This document shows positions 17,506 through 26,859 of a stretch of 35,031 nucleotides of DNA, in pieces. The stretch lies in IMG/VR virus record IMGVR_UViG_638341082_000010. One strand, written 5' to 3'. Positions within the stretch are counted from its first letter, which is position 1, and each line of letters begins with the position of its first letter. Both the position numbers and the translations under genes were made by a program. This stretch comes from a virus. Taxonomy: Duplodnaviria; Heunggongvirae; Uroviricota; Caudoviricetes. The notes under the pieces are model-generated. The model did no database searches, was not told where the DNA came from, and saw only the letters and a program-made list of their open reading frames with translations.

Positions 17506-18009
17506 GTGAACCCCATGAGTATGGTTGCCAGAACCAACCCCGGACCCGCAGAGGACGACATCACCGATACCGATGATGGTGATACCCGTATTTCAGCAGG
17601 TGCATTCTGGCCGGATATTGTGCTGCGTGAACTGCGTCTGGCGGTACGACTGCCGGGCCGTGTGACCACCTCCCGCCTGCTGCATACCGCCACCGGGGCC
17701 GTGGCACACGTTACCCGCGAGCTGGAAGCGTGGCAGCAGGAACAGCAGGCGGCTGGCCATCAGACGCTGGCCGATGTTCCGGCACCCGTAATTAACGGAG
17801 AAAGCGTCAATCTCTGGCACTGGCGCAATGCGGTTTACACCGCCACACGCGCCCTGATTCTGGAGCGTTACCGCGATGCGGACACAACGGACAAGGGCGA
17901 CCGCCGGGCGGACGCACTGGATATACAGACATCGGATTTGTGGCGCGATGTGAGCTGGGCCATCTCTGACATTCTGTGCCGCCCGCGAATCTTTGCGGAA
18001 TTGTGCTGA
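17506..18009 (+). CDS. L: Head completion/stabilisation protein (gpL)
   Basis: 167 aa with CAGGAG RBS; conserved position. Confidence 0.85.
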   Translation: MNPMSMVARTNPGPAEDDITDTDDGDTRISAGAFWPDIVLRELRLAVRLPGRVTTSRLLHTATGAVAHVTRELEAWQQEQQAAGHQTLADVPAPVINGESVNLWHWRNAVYTATRALILERYRDADTTDKGDRRADALDIQTSDLWRDVSWAISDILCRPRIFAELC

Positions 18010-18209
18010 TGAAAGTGAAGGCACTGGAAGGCGACACCGTGGATTCGCTCTGTTTCCGGTACTACGGCACGACGCAGGGCGTCACCGAAAAGGTGCTGGA
18101 TGCCAACCCCGGACTCTGTCAGCAGGTATTTCTGGACGCCGGGCAGGACGTGGAGATGCCGGAGCCGGAGAAGAAGAAACGAGAAATGATTCAGTTGTGG
18201 GGGGAGTAG
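18009..18209 (+). CDS. X: Tail protein X
   Basis: 66 aa from MKVKALEGD..., start overlaps the L stop. Confidence 0.75.
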   Translation: MKVKALEGDTVDSLCFRYYGTTQGVTEKVLDANPGLCQQVFLDAGQDVEMPEPEKKKREMIQLWGE

Positions 18210-18211
18210 CA

Positions 18212-18535
18212 GTGAGCACCATTCAAACAGGGATCACAGAGCAGGTTATTGCATGGCTCTTTGACCACCTGCCAACGGTGTATGCAGTAGGCGCGGCGGT
18301 CAGCATTTCCGCGCTGATGAGTCTTTATGACGGACGAACACTGGTTCAGACCGTAACGGGATCGCTGGCGTGCGGCGTTCTTGCCATGGCCGTGGCCGGG
18401 TCGTTGCGCTTCTTCGGTTTTCCTGAAGATGCCGTGACGTTTATCGGCGCATCAATCGGTTTCATGGGGGCAGAGAAAGCACGCGACAAGGTTATTGCGG
18501 CCTTTAATCGCAGGGTGAAGGAGAAGGACGAATGA
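18212..18535 (+). CDS. Putative holin
   Basis: 107 aa from a GTG after a GGGGAG RBS; two or three hydrophobic helices; first gene of the lysis cassette. Confidence 0.55.
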   Translation: MSTIQTGITEQVIAWLFDHLPTVYAVGAAVSISALMSLYDGRTLVQTVTGSLACGVLAMAVAGSLRFFGFPEDAVTFIGASIGFMGAEKARDKVIAAFNRRVKEKDE

Positions 18536-18924
18536 GCAACACATTTAAATTCAGCAGCCGGAGCGAAAAGAATTTGCAGGGCGTAAATCCTGATCTGGTG
18601 AAAGTGACCCGACGGGCACTGGAAATCTCGGAAGTGGATTTTGGTATCACCGAAGGGTTGCGCAGCCGTTACCGCCAGAAGCAACTTGTGGCCACGGGTA
18701 AGAGCCAGACCATGAACAGTCGCCACCTTACGGGGCATGCCGTGGATGTTGTGGCTTATATCGGCAGCCAGGTGTCATGGGAATGGCCGCTGTACGAAAA
18801 AATCGCAGCAGCATTCAGACAGGCCAGCCGGGAACTGAATATTCCGGTGGAATGGGGCGGCGACTGGAAGACCCTGAAAGACGGACCGCATTTTCAGTTA
18901 CCACACGGAGTTTATCCGGCATGA
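18532..18924 (+). CDS. Endolysin, M15-family zinc peptidase
   Basis: 130 aa; SRHLTGHAVDV metal-binding motif typical of M15 peptidases. Confidence 0.75.
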   Translation: MSNTFKFSSRSEKNLQGVNPDLVKVTRRALEISEVDFGITEGLRSRYRQKQLVATGKSQTMNSRHLTGHAVDVVAYIGSQVSWEWPLYEKIAAAFRQASRELNIPVEWGGDWKTLKDGPHFQLPHGVYPA

Positions 18925-19328
18925 AGCTCTGGCCCACGCTGGGCGTCGCTTTCCTTCTGATTGCCGCATGGGGAACATCCATGCGTCTGTCGTGGTCGCT
19001 GGGCCGGGAGAACGCCAGAAACGAAGCGCAGGCCAGCGCCCTGAAACGTACCGCCGACACCCTGAATATCATCAGCGCCGGGGTACAGGATATGCAGCAG
19101 GTGCTGGCGCAACTCCGCGTGGAAAATCAACAGCGAAATCAGGACGGAGAGGCCAGACGTGAACAGCTACGCAACGATATTGCAAAAGATGAATGCGCCC
19201 ACGCTTTGCCTGACGCTCGTTTTACTGACAGGTTGCGCAGGCACGCAGAACGCGCCACGGCCAGCGCCGTCAGTCCGGCTTATACCGCAGACGCTGACCA
19301 TACCGGTAACGCCTCCCCCCTTCCCTGA
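18921..19328 (+). CDS. lysB: i-spanin (LysB/Rz-like)
   Basis: 135 aa with an N-terminal transmembrane helix and a charged coiled-coil region. Confidence 0.6.
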   Translation: MKLWPTLGVAFLLIAAWGTSMRLSWSLGRENARNEAQASALKRTADTLNIISAGVQDMQQVLAQLRVENQQRNQDGEARREQLRNDIAKDECAHALPDARFTDRLRRHAERATASAVSPAYTADADHTGNASPLP

Positions 19329-19479
19329 CACTCCCACATGGGGAAATCTCGGTATATGGGGCGACCGCCTTCTGGATGCACTGGAAACCTGTAACGCGGA
19401 TAAACGGGCCATTGAATTACTGGAACAGCGCAGGCTGCAACGACTGAACAACGAGGATAACAACCATGCTGAAAACTGA
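19189..19479 (+). CDS. lysC: o-spanin lipoprotein (LysC/Rz1-like), overlapping lysB out of frame
   Basis: Lipobox LLTGC after a signal peptide, proline-rich body. Confidence 0.6.
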   Translation: MNAPTLCLTLVLLTGCAGTQNAPRPAPSVRLIPQTLTIPVTPPPFPDTPTWGNLGIWGDRLLDALETCNADKRAIELLEQRRLQRLNNEDNNHAEN

Positions 19480-19933
19480 TTCCCTGCGTGAAGCCATGAC
19501 CCGTTCATGCCGATGGTGTCAGGCCAACCCGGAAAAATTCACCATTTTCGTGGAGAGCGGCAACATTGAAACGACAGGAGAAACCCCATCGTTTGTTTAC
19601 CGCTATCAGATGGTGATGTTTGTCATGGATTACGCCGGGGAGCTGGATGACCTCACGCTGCCGCTGCTGGCGTGGTTATCCGAAAATCAGCCACAGTTGT
19701 TGCTCAACCCTGAGCGTAATCAGGACATCAAATTCTCCGCCGTTATCAATGACGATGACAGCGCCGACCTCCTGTTTACGCTCCCCCTGTGGGAACGCGT
19801 TCGCATCACGCGCAACAGTCAGGGCACACCGCAGGCAGAACACCTGCCGGAGCCAAAACCCCGTCTGCCCTCTTCCGAAGGCGACTGGTCGCATGTATTC
19901 CAGGATGTGACGTGGGGTGAAAGCGATGGATAA
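19466..19933 (+). CDS. R: Tail completion protein R
   Basis: 155 aa, same length as P2 gpR; conserved position. Confidence 0.8.
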   Translation: MLKTDSLREAMTRSCRWCQANPEKFTIFVESGNIETTGETPSFVYRYQMVMFVMDYAGELDDLTLPLLAWLSENQPQLLLNPERNQDIKFSAVINDDDSADLLFTLPLWERVRITRNSQGTPQAEHLPEPKPRLPSSEGDWSHVFQDVTWGESDG

Positions 19934-20561
19934 GGCATTCACCCGCGTGGATGAAACCTTTGAGGCCATCCGCGACAGCCTGAATCAGCAGGCCATCAAT
20001 AACATCGCCAGAAAGCTGGCACAGGATTTACGCCGCGCCCAGCAGGCGCGTATCCGGTCACAGAAAGCGCCGGACGGGACCGCGTGGACACCACGCAGAC
20101 GCCGCGTAACCCGGATACAGGAGCGCATTCGCTTTATCTGGAATAACGAAGCACGCACGCTGAAAAACTGGCATCACGACACGGGGAAATACGGGCGAAC
20201 CATTACCGGGTGGGATGAGGATAAAAACAATATCCGCACGTTTTACCGGGATGACATCGACCGTTTTCTGGAAATACGCACCCGGCGCATCAACCAGGAC
20301 AGCACAAAGCGCGTCCCCATGTTCGTAAAACTGCGCACCGCCCGCTACCTGAAAGCCCGTGCAGATGCTTCCGGTGTGACGGTGGGTTACAGCGGCGTGT
20401 CCGCACGTATTGCCCGCGTTCATCAGTTCGGTGAGCGCGATCAGGTTGCGCCGGGCATTTTCACCGATTACCCGGTACGTGAGCTGCTGGGTATCAGCCA
20501 GGCAGATGAGCGCCTGATTTATAACACGATGCTGGGCCGGATTGCGGAGGCTGTACGGTGA
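19926..20561 (+). CDS. S: Tail completion/virion morphogenesis protein S
   Basis: 211 aa from ATG at 19926; conserved position. Confidence 0.7.
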   Translation: MDKAFTRVDETFEAIRDSLNQQAINNIARKLAQDLRRAQQARIRSQKAPDGTAWTPRRRRVTRIQERIRFIWNNEARTLKNWHHDTGKYGRTITGWDEDKNNIRTFYRDDIDRFLEIRTRRINQDSTKRVPMFVKLRTARYLKARADASGVTVGYSGVSARIARVHQFGERDQVAPGIFTDYPVRELLGISQADERLIYNTMLGRIAEAVR

Positions 20562-21139
20562 GCGCAGAACTCATGCGACTGCTGAGCAATATCATCCGCA
20601 CCGGGATCATCTCTGAAATTGATGAGAAGTCCTGGCGCGTGCGCGTTCGCAGCGGCGAACTGGAAACAGGATGGTTGCGCTGGAACACCACGCGCGCGGG
20701 AGCCTTCAATGTGTGGCTGCCGCCATCACCAGGCGAACAGGTGGTAATTGCCTGCATTGGCGGCAACCCGGAAACCGCCATGATAATTGGCAGCCTGTGG
20801 AGTGATGCCAGTCCGGCACCCGGCAAAAGCCTGAAAGAAATCGTGGTCAGCGCGCCGGATGGCGCGGTGTTCCGCTACGACGCGGACGCAGGCGCACTGA
20901 GCGCCAGCGGCATGAAAACGGCCACTTTACAGGCATCCGTCAGCGTGAAACTGGATACGCCCGTCGTGGAATGCACAAACCTTCTGAGAACGGCGACGCT
21001 TGACGTCACAAAAGGAGGAAAGATGAGCGGCAATATCACGCACAGCGGCGGCAACTTCACCTCAAACGGCATCACAGTGCATACGCATAAACACGGTGGC
21101 GTGAAAGGCGGCAGCGATTCGACAGGAGGCCCGCAGTGA
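20558..21139 (+). CDS. V: Baseplate spike/assembly protein V
   Basis: 193 aa; GTGA-coupled start. Confidence 0.85.
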   Translation: MSAELMRLLSNIIRTGIISEIDEKSWRVRVRSGELETGWLRWNTTRAGAFNVWLPPSPGEQVVIACIGGNPETAMIIGSLWSDASPAPGKSLKEIVVSAPDGAVFRYDADAGALSASGMKTATLQASVSVKLDTPVVECTNLLRTATLDVTKGGKMSGNITHSGGNFTSNGITVHTHKHGGVKGGSDSTGGPQ

Positions 21140-21486
21140 CAACCCGCTACACAGGAATGAATCCGGACGGGACGGGAAACCTGAACGATATGGAGCACCT
21201 GAAACAGTCAGTCAGGGATATCCTGACCACCCCGCTGGCAAGCCGGGTTATGCGACGGGAATATGGCAGCCTTGTGCCTGATTTGATTGACGAACCCATG
21301 AATAACACCACGCGTCTGCAATGCATGAGTGCTGCCGTGATTGCGCTGACACGATGGGAACCCCGCATTGCCCTGGATGCCATCGACGTTGTCTGGAAAG
21401 CGGGAGGCCGCGCCGGGGTGACGCTGTCGGGCACTGTCATGCAGACCATGCAGAATGTTGAATTAACCATCACGCTAAGGGAGTAA
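21136..21486 (+). CDS. W: Baseplate wedge protein W (gp25-like)
   Basis: 116 aa; MTTRYTGMN...RVMRREYGS closely resembles P2 gpW. Confidence 0.85.
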   Translation: MTTRYTGMNPDGTGNLNDMEHLKQSVRDILTTPLASRVMRREYGSLVPDLIDEPMNNTTRLQCMSAAVIALTRWEPRIALDAIDVVWKAGGRAGVTLSGTVMQTMQNVELTITLRE

Positions 21487-21489
21487 ATC

Positions 21490-22386
21490 ATGCCCGCCGT
21501 TGACCTTTCACAGTTACCGGACCCCGCCATCATCGCGGAGCCTGACTTTGAGGCAATTCTGGCTGACACAAAGGCCATGATGATTGCGGCTTATCCCGCC
21601 GAACAGCGTGAAGCCGTTTCCGCCGCGCTGGAGCTGGAATCGGAACCCCTTAACGTTATCGCTCAAACCATGTCGTTTCGTGAAATGCTGTTACGCCAGC
21701 GGGTTAACGAGGGGGCACGCGCCTGCATGTTAAGCCACAGCGCCGGGACAGACCTGGACAACCTCGCGGGCAATATGAACACAAAGCGCCTGACCATCAC
21801 TCCGGCAACGGATACCACCGACGCAGTGATGGAAAGTGACACCTCGCTGAGACTGCGGGCGCAGCGGGCGTACGATGGCCTGAGTGTTGCTGGCCCGTCA
21901 GGTGCATACGAGTATTTTGCCCGCAGCGCCAGCGGTCTGGTGCGTGATGCGCGGGCTATCAGTCCGTCTCCGGCAAATGTGACGGTTTCCATCCTGTCCA
22001 CTGAAGGCGACGGCACAGCAACGGAGGCGTTGCTTAATACCGTTCGCGCCGTTCTGAATGCAGAGGATACCCGCCCGGTGGCCGACCGCCTTACTGTACA
22101 GAGCGCCAGAATCGTGACATGGCGGCTGAATGCAAAACTGTACTTTTACCCCGGCCCGGAATCCGAACCTATTCTGGCGGCGGCTGAATCGTCGTTCAGG
22201 AAGTGGCTGGCTGAGCAGGGGCTTATCGGTCAGGACGTGGCGTTGTCCGCCATTGCTGCCGCACTGCATGTGCACGGTGTGCAACGCGTGGAGATAATCG
22301 AACCCACACAGAATATGGCCATCAGCGACATACAGGCGGCGCGCTGTGAGTCGTTCACCATCAGCGAAGGTGGGCGTAATGAGTAA
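21490..22386 (+). CDS. J: Baseplate assembly protein J
   Basis: 298 aa; conserved position and length. Confidence 0.85.
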   Translation: MPAVDLSQLPDPAIIAEPDFEAILADTKAMMIAAYPAEQREAVSAALELESEPLNVIAQTMSFREMLLRQRVNEGARACMLSHSAGTDLDNLAGNMNTKRLTITPATDTTDAVMESDTSLRLRAQRAYDGLSVAGPSGAYEYFARSASGLVRDARAISPSPANVTVSILSTEGDGTATEALLNTVRAVLNAEDTRPVADRLTVQSARIVTWRLNAKLYFYPGPESEPILAAAESSFRKWLAEQGLIGQDVALSAIAAALHVHGVQRVEIIEPTQNMAISDIQAARCESFTISEGGRNE

Positions 22387-22909
22387 TTCGTTGTTACCCC
22401 CATCAGCCAGCAATTTCATGCGTTGTGCCGAAGCCGTCGGAACACGCATTACAGACATCCCGGTAGACCTCAACACACTGTGGTCCCCGGACACCTGCCC
22501 GGTGCACCTGCTGCCTTATCTCGCCTGGGCATTTTCCGTTGACCGCTGGGATCGCAACTGGCCGGAAGAGACAAAGCGACAGGTTATTCGTGATGCATGG
22601 CTGATACACCGACACAAAGGGACCATCAGCGCACTGCGCCGGGCCATTGAGCCGCTGGGATACCTCATTCGCGTGTCTGAGTGGTGGGAATTCGGCGGAG
22701 AATCGGGAACATTTACCGTTGAAGTCGGCACGCTGGACAGTGGCGTGACGGAGGAAATGTATCTGGAAATGGAGCGGTTGATTGCTGATGCCCGCCCGGT
22801 CAGCCGCCACATGACAGGGCTGAATATCATTCAGGAAATTCCGGGGGATATTTTCGCAGCGGCGGCAACTTATGACGGTGAAGTTATCACCATTTATCCA
22901 GGCGATTAA
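22379..22909 (+). CDS. I: Baseplate/tail protein I
   Basis: 176 aa from the internal ATG overlapping the J stop. Confidence 0.8.
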   Translation: MSNSLLPPSASNFMRCAEAVGTRITDIPVDLNTLWSPDTCPVHLLPYLAWAFSVDRWDRNWPEETKRQVIRDAWLIHRHKGTISALRRAIEPLGYLIRVSEWWEFGGESGTFTVEVGTLDSGVTEEMYLEMERLIADARPVSRHMTGLNIIQEIPGDIFAAAATYDGEVITIYPGD

Positions 22910-22911
22910 GC

Positions 22912-25044
22912 ATGAGTACCACAACACGAAAATTTAAAACCGTTATCACCGATACGGGTGCAAAAAAATTAGCTCAGGCAGCCGCGCCAGATGGTAAGCC
23001 TGTCCGCCTGACTCATATGGCCGTGGGCGACGGTGGCGGCACGTTGCCCACACCAGACAGTAAGCAGACCCGTCTGGTGCATGAGGTGTGGCGACATACT
23101 GTTAATCGCGTCATCCTGGACGCAACACATCAGAATCGCATTATTGCGGAGCTGGTTATTCCTCCAGAAACGGGCGGATTCTGGATCCGGGAAATTGGTG
23201 TGTTTGATGAGCACGGCGATTTAGTCGCGGTGGGCAATACTGCCGAAAGTTACAAGCCAGCCGTTGCCGAAGGGTCCGGTCGTACACAAACATTTCGCAC
23301 CATTCTGACCGTATCCAGCACTGCCACTGTGGCGCTTACCGTGGATAACACCATGGTGATGGCCACAGTGGATTACGTGGATAACAAACTGAAAGAGCAT
23401 GAACAGTCACGACGTCACCCGGATGCCTCGCTGACCGCAAAAGGCTTTGTTCAACTCAGTAGCGCCACTAACAGCGTGTCTGAAACACAAGCTGCAACGC
23501 CGAAAGCAGTAAAGGCCGCGTATGACCTTGCTAACGGGAAATATACTGCGCAGGATGCCAGCACAACGCGAAAAGGCCTTGTTCAGCTCAGTAGCGCCAC
23601 CAACAGCGATTCTGAAACGCTGGCGGCAACACCAAAGGCGGTAAAGGCAGCATATGACCTTGCTAACGGGAAATATACCGCACAGGACGCTACCACAGCG
23701 CGAAAAGGTCTTATCCAGCTCAGCAGTGCGACTAACAGCACTTCCGAGTCACTGGCGGCAACGCCAAAAGCCGTTAAGGCCGCGTATGAGCTGGCTAACG
23801 GGAAATACACCGCACAGGATGCAACGACAGCACAGAAAGGGATAGTTCAGCTTAGCAACGCGACCAACAGCACATCTGAAACGCTGGCGGCAACGCCAAA
23901 GGCGGTAAAGGCAGCATATGACCTTGCTAACGGGAAATATACCGCACAGGACGCTACCACAGCGCGAAAAGGTCTTGTCCAGCTCAGTAGTGCAACCAAC
24001 AGCACGTCTGAAACGCTTGCCGCGACCCCGAAAGCGGTTAAAGCTGCTAATGACAATGCAAACGGGCGTGTGCCCTCTGGACGTAAGGTTAATGGCAAAC
24101 CACTGACCAATGATGTCAATGTTACATCACAGGATATTTTTAACGGTCAGAGTATTAATATTGGTGCAAACCAGAATCTGGATAATTACAAAACGCCGGG
24201 GCTGTACCATCAACCCCTGAATGCCTATACAAGTGCAGCGCTGAAATACCCAGAGAATCTTGCCGGTACACTGGTTGTGCTTAAAAATGCCGGGATAACA
24301 CAGATTTACTATGTGTATAACACATCCAGAAGCTATACCCGCAGCCAGTACTCAACGGGTGACTGGACAGCATGGACGCCGCAGGATTCATTTCCTGTAG
24401 GTGCGGCGATTCCGTGGCCTTCTGATTCAGTGCCTACAGGCTATGCCGTTATGCAGGGGCAGACTTTTGATAAAACAACCTATCCCCTGCTTGCAGCAGC
24501 TTATCCCTCTGGTGTACTCCCCGATATGCGTGGCTGGACAATCAAGGGCAAACCCGCCAGTGGTCGGGACGTATTGTCTCTGGAACAGGATGGCATTAAA
24601 TCGCACACCCACAGCGCCAGCGCATCCAATACGGATTTGGGTACGAAAACCACATCTTCGTTTGATTACGGTACTAAATCAACGAATAACACAGGTGCAC
24701 ATACCCACAATGTATCTGGTACTGCAAATAGTGCTGGCGCACATACTCATACCGTGCCATTAAGGAGACCAAACAGTGGCGGTATGAATTTCGACTGGCT
24801 GGATGGTGCATCAAGTGGCACGGTGGTAGGGAATGGAACTGTGCCTTCTTCTGGCGCACATACCCACTCAGTATCAGGTACCGCTACAAGTGCTGGGGCA
24901 CATGCACACACTGTTGGTATTGGCGCTCATACGCACTCTGTTGCGATTGGTTCACATGGACATACCATCACCGTTAACGCTGCTGGTAACGCGGAAAACA
25001 CCGTTAAAAACATCGCATTTAATTATATTGTGAGGCTTGCATAA
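22912..25044 (+). CDS. H: Tail fibre protein H
   Basis: 710 aa; conserved P2-H-like N-terminus, about six tandem 42-aa repeats, His-rich C-terminal domain ending NYIVRLA. Confidence 0.85.
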   Translation: MSTTTRKFKTVITDTGAKKLAQAAAPDGKPVRLTHMAVGDGGGTLPTPDSKQTRLVHEVWRHTVNRVILDATHQNRIIAELVIPPETGGFWIREIGVFDEHGDLVAVGNTAESYKPAVAEGSGRTQTFRTILTVSSTATVALTVDNTMVMATVDYVDNKLKEHEQSRRHPDASLTAKGFVQLSSATNSVSETQAATPKAVKAAYDLANGKYTAQDASTTRKGLVQLSSATNSDSETLAATPKAVKAAYDLANGKYTAQDATTARKGLIQLSSATNSTSESLAATPKAVKAAYELANGKYTAQDATTAQKGIVQLSNATNSTSETLAATPKAVKAAYDLANGKYTAQDATTARKGLVQLSSATNSTSETLAATPKAVKAANDNANGRVPSGRKVNGKPLTNDVNVTSQDIFNGQSINIGANQNLDNYKTPGLYHQPLNAYTSAALKYPENLAGTLVVLKNAGITQIYYVYNTSRSYTRSQYSTGDWTAWTPQDSFPVGAAIPWPSDSVPTGYAVMQGQTFDKTTYPLLAAAYPSGVLPDMRGWTIKGKPASGRDVLSLEQDGIKSHTHSASASNTDLGTKTTSSFDYGTKSTNNTGAHTHNVSGTANSAGAHTHTVPLRRPNSGGMNFDWLDGASSGTVVGNGTVPSSGAHTHSVSGTATSAGAHAHTVGIGAHTHSVAIGSHGHTITVNAAGNAENTVKNIAFNYIVRLA
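23434..24065 (+). repeat. About six tandem 126-bp coding repeats inside H
   Basis: Repeated peptide unit [43 protein letters not shown]; also produces spurious antisense ORFs. Confidence 0.8.
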
Positions 25045-25661
25045 TGGCATTCAGAATGAGTGAACAATCACGTACTGTAAAAATTTATAACCTGCTGGCC
25101 GGAACTAATGAGTTTATTGGTGAAGGTGACGCATATATTCCACCTCATACAGGGCTGCCAGCTAATTCTACAGATATCGCCCCACCGGAAATTCCTGCTG
25201 GCTTTGTGGTAGTTTTTAACAGTGAAAATGAATCGTGGAATATTGTTGAAGACCATCGTGGTAAAACGGTCTATGACGTGGCATCGGGGGACGCGTTGTT
25301 TATTTCTGAACCCGGACCGCTACCAGAGAATGTCACCTGGTTGTCGCCAGCAGGGGAATATCAGAAGTGGGACGGCGTATCCTGGGTGAAGGATGAGGAA
25401 GCAGAAAAACTGTTTCGGATACGGGAAGCGGAAGAGAAAAAGGCAAGGTTGATCCAGGAGGCAACAGATAACATCGCAATCCTGCAGGATGCAGTTAATC
25501 TTGAAATAGCAACAAACGAGGAAAATTCACAACTGGATTCCTGGAGAAAATACAGAGTATTAGTGAGTAGAATTGACACCAGTACAGCTCCGGATATCGT
25601 ATGGCCAGAGCTGATGAATCAGGGTTATGTGCGGGAGGACGAGCAGATAACTTCAGACTGA
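25044..25661 (+). CDS. G: Tail fibre assembly chaperone (gpG/Tfa-like)
   Basis: 205 aa directly after H. Confidence 0.75.
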   Translation: MAFRMSEQSRTVKIYNLLAGTNEFIGEGDAYIPPHTGLPANSTDIAPPEIPAGFVVVFNSENESWNIVEDHRGKTVYDVASGDALFISEPGPLPENVTWLSPAGEYQKWDGVSWVKDEEAEKLFRIREAEEKKARLIQEATDNIAILQDAVNLEIATNEENSQLDSWRKYRVLVSRIDTSTAPDIVWPELMNQGYVREDEQITSD

Positions 25662-26188
25662 AATTTAGTGATGAATGTTGAATCATCAGGAATATCATGC
25701 AATACCAATGCATGAGCACCTATTGTGACATTGTTTCCTATACGCACTTTGCCACCAAGAATGGTGGCATTACAACCAATGGTCACATTATGTCCTATAA
25801 CAATATCCATATCATTAAAATCACCACGTAGCCCAATAGTTACCCCCGGTTTTATTGAACAATTTTCACCGATTGTTACTTTGTGACCGATAACAACACT
25901 GTTGAGATAAGAAATATCAAAGCCTTTCCCTATATTTACAGTTAAAGGGACTGTTATATTATATTTATCAAGAATGAAACGTTCTATTTTCCCCGCAATC
26001 TTCCGACAGTATCCGCCTTTATCAAAAAGGTATTTGGCTATGCGCCACCAAAATAAATAACGAAGTCTTCTATGTTTTATTGCGCGAACAATTGCCTTTC
26101 GCCAGGAGAAAGGACGCTCGCTACCGATTACTTCATAGTGAATACAGTCTTTAAGTTCATTAATATTCATATCTCTATTATTCAGCAT
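25625..26188 (-). CDS. Hexapeptide-repeat (left-handed beta-helix) acetyltransferase; low-GC moron
   Basis: 187 aa; imperfect hexapeptide repeats ([45 protein letters not shown]); visibly AT-rich versus flanks. Confidence 0.75.
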   Translation of the reverse strand: MLNNRDMNINELKDCIHYEVIGSERPFSWRKAIVRAIKHRRLRYLFWWRIAKYLFDKGGYCRKIAGKIERFILDKYNITVPLTVNIGKGFDISYLNSVVIGHKVTIGENCSIKPGVTIGLRGDFNDMDIVIGHNVTIGCNATILGGKVRIGNNVTIGAHALVLHDIPDDSTFITKFQSEVICSSSRT

Positions 26189-26358
26189 AAGATAATCATG
26201 TGACCAATTATTGTAATAATTTTAATGGTATGTTTCTACTGGCTATCCAGCGTGTCTGATACCCAGTAACAAATCGTTAACACAGGTGCAATCAAATGGT
26301 GAGTGTTAAGACTGGCCACTTATTACCAGGTATGAGGGTATGAGTGGCCAGCATTAAA

Positions 26359-26853
26359 TCAGAACAGCCCTTTAACTGAACTGGCCGCGCTGTTAAGGGA
26401 TGATGTCACTTTATCTTTGAAGCCGGACAGCATATCGCTGAACGATGAGGATTGCAGGCGCTCCCGCAAATCCTCATCACAGCGTTCAAGGGTCAGTGAA
26501 AATTCTATCTTTTTCGCCTTACCGTAGCGATCAAACTCGGAACGGGTCGTATTCGTTTCGGTCAGGACATACATGCCGTAAATCTGCCCGACGCCATCAA
26601 TAAGAGGCCAGGGGCGTCCTGTATACGCCTGCGTGGTCAGCAGCGACAGCGACACTTCGCCACCTGTAATTTCAGGATAAAGCACACCAGAAAGAACGAT
26701 GCGATCATCACCTGCACCGATATACTGCCAGCTTGCTGAACGGTTAACGCGTTCATTTTTCACATGCCGCCAGCTTTTGTTTTGCTGTAACTGCTGATGC
26801 GGCAGCGTGCGCAGCTCAAAAACAAACATGCCGTAGATCATCATCATGGCCAT
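26359..26853 (-). CDS. U: Tail protein U
   Basis: 164 aa downstream of the tape measure gene. Confidence 0.8.
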   Translation of the reverse strand: MAMMMIYGMFVFELRTLPHQQLQQNKSWRHVKNERVNRSASWQYIGAGDDRIVLSGVLYPEITGGEVSLSLLTTQAYTGRPWPLIDGVGQIYGMYVLTETNTTRSEFDRYGKAKKIEFSLTLERCDEDLRERLQSSSFSDMLSGFKDKVTSSLNSAASSVKGLF

Positions 26854-26859
26854 GACTCC

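Noticed and set aside
23434-24065. Tandem 126-bp repeats considered as a CRISPR or satellite array
   Set aside because: They are in-frame coding repeats of tail fibre H with no spacer/repeat alternation and no cas genes.
23583-24119. Minus-strand ORFs of 75 and 90 aa with internally repeated peptides
   Set aside because: Antisense images of the tandem coding repeats in tail fibre gene H, not independent genes.
26190-26358. Inverted repeat CTGGCCACT...AGTGGCCAG after the U stop, considered as a terminator
   Set aside because: Long 22-nt loop and no U-tract on either strand; it may be a protein-binding site, but it is not confidently a terminator.
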